From Octopus sinensis (lineage: Eukaryota), in contig NC_043018.1 in assembly GCF_006345805.1 (NCBI RefSeq), positions 3,224,001 through 3,288,000 of the forward strand: 64,000 nucleotides of DNA, in the 5' to 3' direction. The notes under the pieces were generated by a model that saw only the letters and a program-made list of their open reading frames with translations, had not been told where the DNA came from and did not search any database. This document shows positions 13,575-25,150 of the stretch, piece after piece. Position numbers and translations under genes: made by a program. Position 1 is the stretch's first letter, and the number at the start of each line of letters is the position of its first letter.

Positions 13575-13673
13575 TTAATTGTTTGTCGTAGACCCGTTTA
13601 GAAGTGGCTTGTATTTTGTAATAAAGAGATTTTCTTTACTTATTCGTTGTCTCGAGGTTGTATCGTCCCTAAA
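13575..13673 (-). pseudogene. C-terminal fragment of a Penelope-type GIY-YIG endonuclease
   Basis: Manual translation FRDDTTSRQRISKENLFITKYKPLLNGSTTNN* fits the R-xx-KE-xx-FI-xx-YKP-xLN end of GIY-YIG domains. Confidence 0.65.
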
Positions 13674-13890
13674 ATACGACCATCAGGGCACTCCCAGATT
13701 CTCCCATCCCCCTTTCCCCACCAGCCTTCTTCCTCTACTACCCTTCCAAGAACTCACAACGACCTCCGACACACAAGTGCAAACAAGGGAGTCAGAGAAA
13801 GGCAGAACCCACTTAAATCTGAACACTACTATAGAAATATTCTTTTTAAAAAAACTTTTCTTCTAATTTTTCTAAATTTAATTATTTAAT

Positions 13891-13938
13891 CGTTACAGTT
13901 GAAAAGGTCTCAAAATGACCGAAACCGGTACTGAAATG
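13891..13938 (+). ncRNA. Hammerhead ribozyme motif, U3-A8 variant
   Basis: CGUUACAG-UUGAAAA-GGUC ucaaaau GACC-GAAAC-cg-GUA/CUGAAAUG: stem I 7 of 8 pairs, 4-bp stem II, palindromic ACCGGU stem III. Confidence 0.7.
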
Positions 13939-14021
13939 TTCACTATAAAATTATTTTAGCATTTTCTATTTTTGACTTGTTTTTTCATATATTCAACTCG
14001 TGTGTTCCTTTTCACCCTTAT

Positions 14022-14097
<76 letters not shown>

Positions 14098-15340
14098 TCT
14101 ATCTATCTATTTATCTGTCTACCTATAAATAGATAGATAGATTGATAGATAATTAGATAAATAGATAGATAGACGCTGGTCGGTGTTACAGAGTATATTT
14201 GTAGACTGTAGACATGATGTGAATGTATTTTCTCTTAGTGTACGTGTGTCTTAAAAATATTGTTAAATCCGCAAATTTTAGAGTAGCAATTGTTATGGCT
14301 TCATCTTCCGAATTATCAAGTTCCAACGATTAAATCATAACAATTGTAATCATAAAAAATTCGTCATTAATAAATGTTTATATTGCCTCCATTACAAATA
14401 TCTTTATAAGAATTCCCTGCTACTTTTGCAAAAGTACGATCATTTTACTGTATGTGTAAAGATATGAATGTATGTATGTTTATGCATATATATGTGTGTG
14501 TGTATGTGTATCTTTGTGCGTGTATGAGTGTGGGCGAGTGTGTGTGTCTATAAACATACATGTATTTATATATATGTATCTTTGTAAATATATCAACATA
14601 TGAATATATATATATAAACAAAAGTTACATATATATACATATATATATACATACTTTCATACATACATATATATGTAAATGAGTATTTATATATGTGTAT
14701 ATATATATATATAAATATAAATATATATATATATATTTAAACATACATACATACATACATATACATGGGCATATCGCTTACATATATGTATACATGCGTA
14801 TATATACATACGTATATACACATATACACATATACATATACACACACACACATATATATATATGTATATATATTTACATTTATATATATGTATCCATGCA
14901 TGCACTTCGGTATACATGCATAGACCCATGTATATATAAGTGTGTGTTTGTGTGTATGTGTCTATGTGCATGCGTATGTGAGAAACGAAGAACATATCTC
15001 GTGATATGCGCTACTTAACTCAATCGTACCACTCGCATTCTATCAAAAATCCTATTTTATCTTATTATAATATCACCTCATTTATGGTAAATACCTTCTG
15101 CTGAATATTACCTCCCGCAATCGAGTTATCAAACAAATTAGTATTTTTTTTTCAACCATAAGTATTACTGATTTATTGTGAGCTGTATATTAAATTTCCT
15201 ATCTCTAACACATCCAATTTCCTTTTAGACATTTCTTAACTTCTTTATTTATTTATCAATTTTTCCTCGTTTGCTGTCTTCCGTCCTGTCTCTCTTTTCC
15301 TCTCTGTCTCCCATCTCTCTCCTATATATATTTATATATG

Positions 15341-15398
<58 letters not shown>

Positions 15399-15851
15399 TA
15401 CGTGTGTGTGAGTATATGTTTTATATTATATATATATATATATATAATATATATATATATTTACATATGCTTATATATATATATGTATATATATATATGC
15501 TTATATATTATATATAATATATGTAGGTGTGTATACACCACACACATATATATATATATACGTGCTATATAAATATACACAAATGTGTATATATATATAT
15601 ATTATATATATTATATATGGTACTCTCGTCTTTTGTTTATTTTCATAAAGCTTCCCGTTATATATATATATATATTTGCATGAACGTATATATATATATA
15701 AATATTCATATAGAAACTGTGAGACAGAGCCAGATGTGATGTCTTTCTGATGGAATTGGGGAAACAGATTGTCATAACTTCAACTACGATCATCACAAAA
15801 CACAGAAGTACACATATTCAGTGTGTGTGTGTTAATGTGTGTATGTGTATT

Positions 15852-15888
<37 letters not shown>

Positions 15889-15892
15889 AAGA

Positions 15893-15923
<31 letters not shown>

Positions 15924-16045
15924 AAGTGAACCACCGAAACCTCAAATTCAATATTAATAAGCTTACATTATTATTACTATTCTTCTTCTTCTTCTTCTTC
16001 TTCTTCTTCTTCTTCTTCTTCTTCTTCTTCTTCTTCTGCTCTTCT

Positions 16046-16077
<32 letters not shown>

Positions 16078-16109
16078 TTCTTCTCTTCTTCTTCTTCTTC
16101 TTCTTTTCC

Positions 16110-16153
<44 letters not shown>

Positions 16154-16628
16154 TATTATTATTATTATTATTATTATTCAGTAGTTTTATTTTTATAGCG
16201 TGCTTTCAATTCACTACCGAGCGTAGCTCTGTGTGCCTTGGGTATGTGCTGTGATTTGTTGTGATGCTCTGATGGTTATTGTATGGAAAGTGTTTTGCGT
16301 AGGATGTGTGCAGTGCCTAGTAGTGCAATTTTCTGTATGTTATATGTGTTTGTAAGTCCTGGTGTTTTTGTTATGTATTTGTCTGAATATTTTTTTATCA
16401 TGCCTAATGCACCTACTATGATAGGAATTGTTTCTGTTTTCAGGTTCCACATTCTAGTTATCTCTATTTCCAGGTCTTTGTATTTTGAGAGTTTCTCCAT
16501 TTCTTTTAGAGACACGTTGTCATCTGCCGGTATTGATACATCAATTAGAAAGCATTTTTTTTCTTCATGATCTCTGATAACTATATCTGGTCTGTTGGCC
16601 TTAATTTCTCTATCTGTGTGTATCGGCA
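16110..16628 (-). mobile_element. R4/Dong-clade LINE 3' end (restriction-like endonuclease) ending in (TAA)n
   Basis: ANRPDIVIRDHEEKKCFLIDVSIPADDN...EKLSKYKDL...IPIIVGALG...LLGTAHILRKTL*, followed by a short 3' UTR and (TAA)n. Confidence 0.85.
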
Positions 16629-16699
16629 GTAGTCGACAAAACAAAGGACTTGATCGGAACAAGCAGAGCTTTCAATCAAATGACTTACATTGCAAACAT

Positions 16700-18290
16700 G
16701 GCGTTTATATTAATCTTACAAATATTTAAATTCTAAACCAAGAAGAACTTCACTGTTTTAAAGGCAAAGAGGTCGCATGGTTCGTCTGGTTGTCAGGTCC
16801 TTCACATATCATATTTGTGATTCCAACACAAAATACCAGCCAACGCTAAATGCAAGGTGGTTTAACCTTCTAAAATTAGGACGGAATAACAAGTAACCCT
16901 ATCCTAGACAATATCACTTCTCATGTATCAGCAACACTATTAACTGGGTTCTCGACGTTGAGAATAGGACAGCCAATAATTTTGCCTAAGTTCATATCGG
17001 GTTTTCTATCCTAATTTATTTAAATCTCTACCTCTGTAAGCTTTGGCATCGACTGAGAATTCTCTTGAAAAATTAACTCCATATTAAAATGAGTCGCTAT
17101 TATCCTATAATGATTCAGACTGGCCAAATAGATGACCCACATTTTCAGATAATTACAAGGAGCAACGGTGGAATTGATATCACAGACTGAGATAAATAAT
17201 TGCCCTTGGCTCCTTCACGAAGAGTATATTTCTCACAGCTCAACTGCGTGCTGAAGCAACACCCAGCGAATTCATGGCACCTCAGATATCTTTCATAACT
17301 TCGGATAAATCTTGGAAGAGTTCAACTGAAATATTTTTTAACATCCACCTACGCGTACTCAACTCTAATCCCGAAGATTTAGAAGGAAGAAAATAACATT
17401 GCTAAATTGTATGGTTAACCTGTATGTAACATATATAGCCAAGAACTTTGATCTTTAATTGGGAAATAGTTCTGAAGCAGACATATTACCGCAAAATTTT
17501 AATGTGCGTGATATCGGTTTAAGATTTTGGCACAAGGACAATAATCTCGAGGGAGGAGTCGATTACATTGCCTACAGTGATCAACTATTCGAACGAAAAA
17601 CGGCAATGCATTTTGTCCGGCGCGGTAATAATTCTGTCAGCTCTCTGCCCTGTAATGGGCGTCAATTAAGATTAGTTAAATTGACTTTGACAATCAAAAT
17701 TCCATTGTTACACTCTAAAGCAAAGAAAAACAATCTATGCAACTAGCAACTAATCTGCTTTTGTCCCAAGCAACTATCCACAACTGCTGATTGCCACAAG
17801 TTTATTGAGATTTTGTTTTGCCAAGTTTTGGCCTACGAGCCTACAGGGTTGCACAGAAATAACATCCAAAGCTTTCAAAGGAAACCTCAGTTTGTATATG
17901 TATTAATTTAAGTCTAGGGGCCAAAAGATTACTAGAGCTTCTGCAATCAAGGAAATGATCTCTCAATCATAACATGAAACATACTCGGTAAGATCCTTCA
18001 TTACTCTCTTGGGCAAGTAACTATCGACATACCCAAGGTGGGGTATTTCATATGTTGCAGCAGCCTGTTTTATACTTCAACATGAACACTGAATTGCCGA
18101 CAGCTTTCTACTGGCCTACCGGATAATTTTAGCAATTTCTTCTTAATACTATCCTAATATCATCTCAACTAATATACTAATTTTGAAATTTTTCAGTCGT
18201 ACATTCCTTTAAATTTTCTTGTGGCTGATTCTCTGAAGTCTTTTTATTAGAGTTAATATTCTTTTTCCAGAAATTTTGAATTTCGGGATG
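16700..18290 (-). mobile_element. Highly decayed RLE-type LINE (R2/NeSL-like) remnant
   Basis: Broken minus-strand motifs NVGHLFGQ (zinc-knuckle-like, ~17160) and RKPD (~17005) with many stops; a SINE piece is inserted at ~17515-17650. Confidence 0.3.
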
Positions 18291-18299
18291 GTTCACAAG

Positions 18300-18500
18300 C
18301 ACATGATGAGGAGGGTTCCAGATGATTTCATCAACAGAACAGCCTAATTGTGGAATGAACATGCACATGGCTGAGTACTCACAGAAACGCCTATCCTTGG
18401 CCTGGCTCTCGGGGAGATTTAGTGTGACACAGAATGTGACAAAAATGGCCCCTTTGAAATACAGTTACAATAAAGTTTTGACAGCTGAGTGGACTGGCGA
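18300..18500 (-). mobile_element. SINE family C fragment
   Basis: Homologous to 3200-3400 (GGTTCCAG.TGAT...ATCAAC.GAACAGCCTA; CAGCTGAGTGGACTGG). Confidence 0.6.
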
Positions 18501-18570
18501 GTGTAAGGATTGCCGCGAGCAATCGAACTCTCTCTCACAATCGCTCTCTCTCTCTCTCTCACATTCGCTC

Positions 18571-18601
<31 letters not shown>

Positions 18602-18626
18602 TTATATATATATATATATATATACA

Positions 18627-18916
18627 CATATATTAAAGAATGGAGTTGAACGACGAATTAACAAAATTCCTTTATTTTGAAGGCTGCATATTCCTATGCA
18701 TAGTGACTCATTTTCACTATGGGCTCCGTGTGAGCAGTCATCTAAAAGTTTTTTGTGCATCTTGATGTTGACATAAGTTCATTGCTTTTCCTGATGAGAA
18801 AGCGGCATAATATACTCCTTATTCCTTCGCAATTAGGAATATGCAGCCTTCGAAACATATGTCAAAAATAAAGGAATTTTGTTAATTCGTCGGTCAACTC
18901 CATTCTTTAATATATT
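18627..18916 (+). mobile_element. Inverted-repeat insert with hammerhead motif next to (TA)n
   Basis: Arms 18627-18696 / 18834-18916; 18786-18868 reads CUGAUGA-long stem II-GAAAC-auau-GUC. Confidence 0.65.
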
Positions 18917-20567
18917 TATCATTTTAAAAAAACATACAAATTTCCACACGAAAGCAAGTAACTTCAAACGTGTCTTCTCTGGTGTGAATTTGCTACCCAG
19001 GTATCGGTTAACCCAATTATCCATAACGAGATAATCCATTCAACTACTCAAATATATACAGAGACATGATTAGGCGATTAGATTAAAGAATGCTCGATGA
19101 CGGACATCATAATCTTCTTTATCTACGTGCCATTATTATCTCTACCGTGGATCTTCCTACCTTATTAAACTATCTATATGCACATATCATCTCAACATAC
19201 ATGAATATATATATATATATGAGTGTTTGTGCGCATGCGCGTATGTGTGTATCTATGTGCGAGCACAATCTTCTATGTGTGTGTATGTGAGAGTGTGTGC
19301 GTATGTGTATGTATATGTATGTGATGTGTGATGAAATAACACGTTGTGAGAAGCTCTCAGAAACGACTGAGTGAACGATCAGCTTTAAACTAATAAATAT
19401 ACTCGACTGCATGCGTGGATTATTTCCCATCCACTTCAATTGCTCAAACATATATATATATATATATTTATAAATGTGCGCGGGAGGATGTATGTGTGGG
19501 TGTACGTATGTATGTATATATGTATATATATTTATATATATATACACATATATATGTTATTTCTGTTGTTGTTTTTTGTGTGTATGTATATATATGTGTG
19601 TGTATGTGTGTGTGTTTGGATATATTTATTGTGGTGCCTACGTGCATATATGTGTGTATGTATGCAAGTGCGACTTCTGTTAGATTAGTCGAGAACTATC
19701 AGGAGCTAAAATGAGAAAGACGAATCTAAATTATATTTCTCACTCCTTCTAATAACATCTTCGCAACATAAAAGCTAGCAAGGCCAACAACATAATTGAT
19801 TCCTTGTGGTTTTCTCAGCAGATTTGACAATATAACTCTGATCTCAGATATATCATCGAATTACTATCAAGTAGTTTTTAATTCTTTTTCCTGCCCTGTA
19901 GCCTTCTTGTACGTATGGTATATTTGGAGAGATAAAGTCAGAGAGTAGAATGCTGTGTGTAGTTGATTGGAATATCGATAGATGTGGTACACGATAATCA
20001 GCTTCTATGCTTATTGGTTCCAGTGTTCCAATAGGTGTTGAAATTGAATATGTCCGAGCCCAATGCCGGGCATCAATGGATTTCTATGAGTAGATTAGCT
20101 TAATATCAACAGATCGGTTATTGGTCTAATATTTATCTCTCCACTGTGCTGTTCTTCCCTTAGTAATCGCGTTTACTGTTACCGTGGGAACTGTTGCTGT
20201 GGGACCTGTTGTTGTGGGGTAAATTGCTGTGGGAGCTGTTGCTGTGGGAGCTCTGACTGTGGAGCAGTTGCCGTGGGAGCTGTGGCTGTGGGAGCTGTGG
20301 CTGTTGGACAGTTGCCATGAGAGTTTTTGCTGTGGAAGCTGTCGCTGTGGGAGCAGTTGCTTTAGGAGCTGTTGCTGTGGGGGCAGTTGCCGTGGGAACT
20401 GTAACTGTGGGAATTGTTGTCGTTGAGGCTGCTGCTGTGAGAACTGTTGCTTTTGTTGTTGCTATGTTGTTGTTCTTGTGTTATTATTACGGTTGTTGTT
20501 TTAAGCCTTTATTCTTGTGTGTCTTATTCATTGTCCTTGGTGTTGTAATCCTTGTTACGGTTGTTCT

Positions 20568-20605
20568 GTAGTAATAGTAGTGGTAGTAGCAGTAGCCGCA
20601 GCAGC

Positions 20606-20636
<31 letters not shown>

Positions 20637-20687
20637 ATAGTAGTAGTAGTAGTAGTAGTAGTAGTGGCAGTAGCAGTAGTAGTAGTG

Positions 20688-20718
<31 letters not shown>

Positions 20719-20742
20719 TAGCAGCAGTAGTAGTAGTAGTAA

Positions 20743-20787
<45 letters not shown>

Positions 20788-20807
20788 CAGTAGCAGTAGT
20801 AGTAGTG

Positions 20808-20838
<31 letters not shown>

Positions 20839-20845
20839 TAGCAGC

Positions 20846-20892
<47 letters not shown>

Positions 20893-20974
20893 CAGTAGCA
20901 GTAGTAGCAGCAGCATTAGCAGCAGCAGCAGTAGTAGTAGTAGCAGTAGTAACAGCAGCAGCAGCAGCAGTAGC

Positions 20975-21005
<31 letters not shown>

Positions 21006-21082
21006 CCAGCAGTAGCAGTAGTAGTAGTAGTAGTAGTAGCAGCAGCAGCAGCAGCAGTAGCAGCAGTAGTAGTAGTAGTAGC
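20568..21082. repeat. (AGT)n/(AGC)n microsatellite
   Basis: Direct reading of the sequence. Confidence 0.95.
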
Positions 21083-21469
21083 AATTGGTGTTTTTTGTTG
21101 TTGTTGTTATTGTCGTTGTACTTGGTTTTATCAATGTTGTCTTTGCTCTTCTCCTCGTTGCTTGGAGTCTTCCTCCTCATGTCGATGCTGTTGTTGTTGC
21201 TGTTGTTTTCGGTGCCGTTGTTGTTTTTTGATTTTTGTTGTTCTTGTAATTCTTTGTGCTCGTTTCCATTTTGTTCTTATTAAACTCCTTTTTTTTGTGA
21301 TGCTTGTCCTTTTTTTGTTTTCATTTTTATTTCTTCTCTCGTCCCTCTACCTGCTGTTTTCGTTGTTATTTTCCTCATTATCCTTCTTCGCGTGGTTTTT
21401 GCTTTCTTCATCACCGTTCTTTATTGTTCGAGTAATAATATTTTACAGACATTTTGTCATTGTTTAACA

Positions 21470-22655
21470 CTGACTGTGGGGCAGCTGCCGTGGGAGCTGT
21501 TGCTGTGGGAGCTGTGGCTGTGGGGCAGTTGCCATGAGAGTTGTTGCTGTGGGAGCTGTCGCTGTGGGGCAGTTGCCATGAGAGTTGTTGCTGTGGGAGC
21601 TGTGGCTGTGGGGCAGTTGCCATGAGAGTTGTTGCTGTGGGAGCTGTCGCTGTGGGGCAGTTGCCATGAGAGTTGTTGCTGTGGGAGCTGTCGCTGTGGG
21701 GCAGTTGCCATGAGAGTTGTTGCTGTGGGAGCTGTGGCTGTGGGGCAGTTGCCATGAGAGTTGTTGCTGTGGGAGCTGTGGCTGTGGGGCAGTTGCCATG
21801 AGAGTTGTTGCTGTGGGAGCTGTGGCTGTGGGGCAGTTGCCATGAGAGTTGTTGCTGTGGGAGCTGTCGCTGTGGGGCAGTTGCCATGAGAGTTGTTGCT
21901 GTGGGAGCTGTGGCTGTGGGGCAGTTGCCATGAGAGTTGTTGCTGTGGGAGCTGTGGCTGTGGGGCAGTTGCCATGAGAGTTGTTGTTGTGGGAGCTGTG
22001 GATGTGGGGCAGTTGCCATGAGAGTTGTTGCTGTGGGAGCTGTGGCTGTGGGGCAGTTGCCATGAGAGTTGTTGCTGTGGGAGCTGTGGCTGTGGGGCAG
22101 TTGCCATGAGAGTTGTTGCTGTGGGAGCTGTGGCTGTGGGGCAGTTGCCATGAGAGTTGTTGCTGTGGGAGCTGTCGCTGTGGGGCAGTTGCCATGAGAG
22201 TTGTTGCTGTGGGAGCTGTGGCTGTGGGGCAGTTGCCATGAGAGTTGTTGCTGTGGGAGATGTGGCTGTGGGGCAGTTGCCATGAGAGTTGTTGCTGTGG
22301 GAGCTGTGGCTGTGGGGCAGTTGCCATGAGAGTTGTTGCTGTGGGAGCTGTGGCTGTGGGGCAGTTGCCATGAGAGTTGTTGCTGTGGGAGCTGTGGCTG
22401 TGGGGCAGTTGCCATGAGAGTTGTTGCTGTGGGAGCTGTGGCTGTGGGGCAGTTGCCATGAGAGTTGTTGCTGTGGGAGCTGTGGCTGTGGGGCAGTTGC
22501 CATGAGAGTTGTTGCTGTGGGAACTGTCGCTCTGGGAGCAGTTGCCATGAGAGTTGTTGCTGTGGGAGCTGTGGCTGTGGGGCAGTTGCCATGAGAGTTG
22601 TTGCTTTGGGAGCTGTCGCTCTGGGAGCAGTTGCTTTAGGAGCTGTTGCTGTGGG
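21470..22655. repeat. 44-bp minisatellite, about 25 near-identical copies
   Basis: Unit GCTGTGGGGCAGTTGCCATGAGAGTTGTTGCTGTGGGAGCTGT(G/C); the 44-aa period in the ORF track equals three units. Confidence 0.95.
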
Positions 22656-22954
22656 AACAACGGCACCGAAAACAACAGCAACAACAACAACATCGACATG
22701 AGGAGGAAGACTACAGCAACGAGGAGAAGAGCAAAGACAACATTGATAGAACCAAGTAAAACGACAATAACAATAACAACAAAAGCACCAATTACTACTA
22801 CTGCTACTACTACTACTACTCTACTACTACTACTACTACTACTACTGCTACTACTACTACTCAGCAACAGCTCCCACAGCAATTTAACACATGGCATTGT
22901 CCGATCGAACAAACTCTGTCCAATGTTATTTAATCCATGATTGACATAAGTTCA

Positions 22955-23285
22955 GGCGTGGCTGTGTGTTCGTTTCCCAACCACATGGATCCCTCTTCAT
23001 TCCCACAGCGTGGCACCTTGCTCAAGTGTCTGTTACTATAACCTCGGACCGAGTAACGCTTTGTCAATGGAGTTGGTAGACAGAAACTAATAGAAGCCCG
23101 TCCACCTCTTGACAACCGGTGTTCGAGTGTCTACATTCTAACAATTTTGCTGTTCGGCAAAATAGACCTATAAAATACATACCATGTTAAAAGAAAATAA
23201 GTATTAGAAGCGGTATCTTTGACTAAAATTCTTCAAAGAGTTGCACCAGCATGGTCGCCGTCTAATGACTGAAAAGATGAAAAGA
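22955..23285 (+). mobile_element. SINE family A (diverged)
   Basis: GGCGTGGCTGTGTG...GTGGCACCTTG...GGTAGACAGAAACT...CCAGCATGG...ATGACTGAAA. Confidence 0.7.
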
Positions 23286-23421
23286 AATAATCGATGAAAC
23301 ATATCAAATATGTATAGAACTGTGAATTCTGATGAACCATAACCTGGTACAGTACCAAAAGTTTATCTGGAGCTTTTCACTAATCTAAGTAAAATTGCCT
23401 GGAACGATAATCCCTCACCAT

Positions 23422-23474
<53 letters not shown>

Positions 23475-24051
23475 CAAATAGGGAAGGGTTATCAATCCAG
23501 GTAAAATACTTCATAAGTTCTTTGTTGGCACACCGGTCTAACAATATTAATTAGTGAAGAACTCCAGGTAATCTGTCTGTGTGGTAAGAAGCCAGCTTCC
23601 CAACCACATATTTCCAGATTCAGTCGGAGAGCTAACGATTCTGTCAGCACACCACCTTGAGCATTGAAGAAATATTTCCATCATTTACTGATGGCCATTT
23701 GCCTTTTGAGTTCTCATCTTATATAGATTCGCCAATGTAGATTTCCGAATCGTACTAGGCCAGAACAATGAAATAGCTATCAGGCAAGGTATTTAGGACA
23801 AATTTTGACTACTAAAACAGAGTTGCAGTTTAGACTGAAGTCAGTGACTAATATTCATTTTCGTTAGTTTGGCAGCCAATAAAAGAAACGACCACAGATG
23901 CGGTCTGGTTTTTAATATGACCTCATCAGCGAAGCGAAAACTTGACTGTATTTAGTAAAGTACTGTTCAGGTATTCATTGAGTAACTATAGAATGTTTTA
24001 CATTACTTGCCTTAAAAAGAAGCTAGAAGTTTCTATCTTTTTATCTTTTAT

Positions 24052-24202
24052 TTTTTATTTGTTTCACTGATTAGACACCACATCGAATAATTATTTATTG
24101 GTCTCTTTTGCCGAATCACAAAGTTACAGGCGTGTAAACACACACCGGTCTTCAAGTGGTGGTAGGGGACAAACAAGGACACAAAAGCATACACATTATA
24201 TG

Positions 24203-24234
<32 letters not shown>

Positions 24235-24590
24235 CAGAGAGGGGGAGAATTCATGAAAAAAAACAAAAGACGAAGAGAGGTGGTGTAGAAAACAAACAGA
24301 TGTATTAGTATAACGCTCAGGAATTGAAAAAGTCTTTTACGTTTCGAGCCTACGCTCTTCTACAGAAAGGAATATATATGCATATACATACATAAGTATA
24401 TATACATATATATATATATATACATACACACGATGGGCTTCTTTCAGTTTCCTTCATCCAGGTCCACTTACAAAGCTTTGGTCGGCGCGAAGCCATAGTT
24501 GATGACACTTGCCCTGGTACCACGCGGTGGGAATGAACCCGGAACAACGTAGTTTGGAAGCAAACCTCTTAGCACAGAATGACGCCTACG
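24052..24590 (-). mobile_element. SINE family A with a nested hammerhead-bearing insert (24245-24372) in its internal microsatellite
   Basis: SINE halves at 24052-24190 and 24430-24590; the insert is homologous to 574-711, and minus 24334-24369 reads CUUU-CUGUAGA-A-GAGC guag GCUC-GAAAC-GUA/AAAG. Confidence 0.7.
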
Positions 24591-24594
24591 CATA

Positions 24595-25150
24595 TAAACG
24601 AATACCTAGTTTTACTACGCAACAGCTATCTACTTCAGTATCTCGAATGGATGCCTGAAATCCCATTTTCCCCTACACATATTTTCTAAGCAGTGTTCTT
24701 TGCCGGCGTTCACGCTTCCCTAAATCTCCTTTTTCATTCTCCTGAAAGCAACAACATTTTACAACTTTCATTTTACCGCTCAAGTACATCTTTAAACAAA
24801 TATCTCATTCACACTTTCCTTAAACTGTTCGTACCCTAACGAACGACTATTGCTAAAAAAAAAATTCTACATTTATAGACATCTCCGCTTAGCGCTGTCA
24901 CGCCGTATTTTATTGACGGTGAGCCACCGAACAGCGCAAACAGACATTGAATGATGATGAGAATTTCATAAGAGAGATACTGCCATTCGTGTCAGCTCGC
25001 AGCGCTGTCTTGTCGGTTTCTATGGCTGATGAGGCGATAGCCTCTCCGAAATGCATGCGTCCCAGTCAGGCCAGATATAGCTGTGAGCTGACTCAAAGTA
25101 TTTACACCCACGTGTTAACATCAAGAAATTTTCTCCGTGATAAAACACAC
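24595..25150 (+). mobile_element. Decayed Penelope-like 3' end with hammerhead motif
   Basis: Frameshifted EYL.FTTQQLSTSVS (YIG-like) and VRTLTNDYC*KKKF; HHR at 25023-25064 reads UGG-CUGAUGA-GGcGA uagcc UCUCC-GAAAU-gcaugc-GUC/CCA. Confidence 0.5.

Larger units (their letters stand above)
12769..14020 (-). mobile_element. 5'-truncated Penelope-like element with inverted pLTRs
   Basis: ~316-bp near-identical inverted arms (12769-13085 / 13676-13992) plus a ~28-nt tail, flanked by (TA)n. The spacer encodes a GIY-YIG-like C-terminus and each arm has an HHR. Confidence 0.8.

Noticed and set aside
15750-15785. CUGAUGG...GAAACAGAUUGUC
   Set aside because: Mutated core, no stem II and weak stem I.
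21470-22655. CRISPR-like regular repeat
   Set aside because: No unique spacers, no cas genes and a eukaryotic context; it is a plain tandem minisatellite.
21411-22912. Long minus-strand ORFs of 363-482 aa
   Set aside because: All three frames are open only because the 44-bp unit has no stop on that strand.
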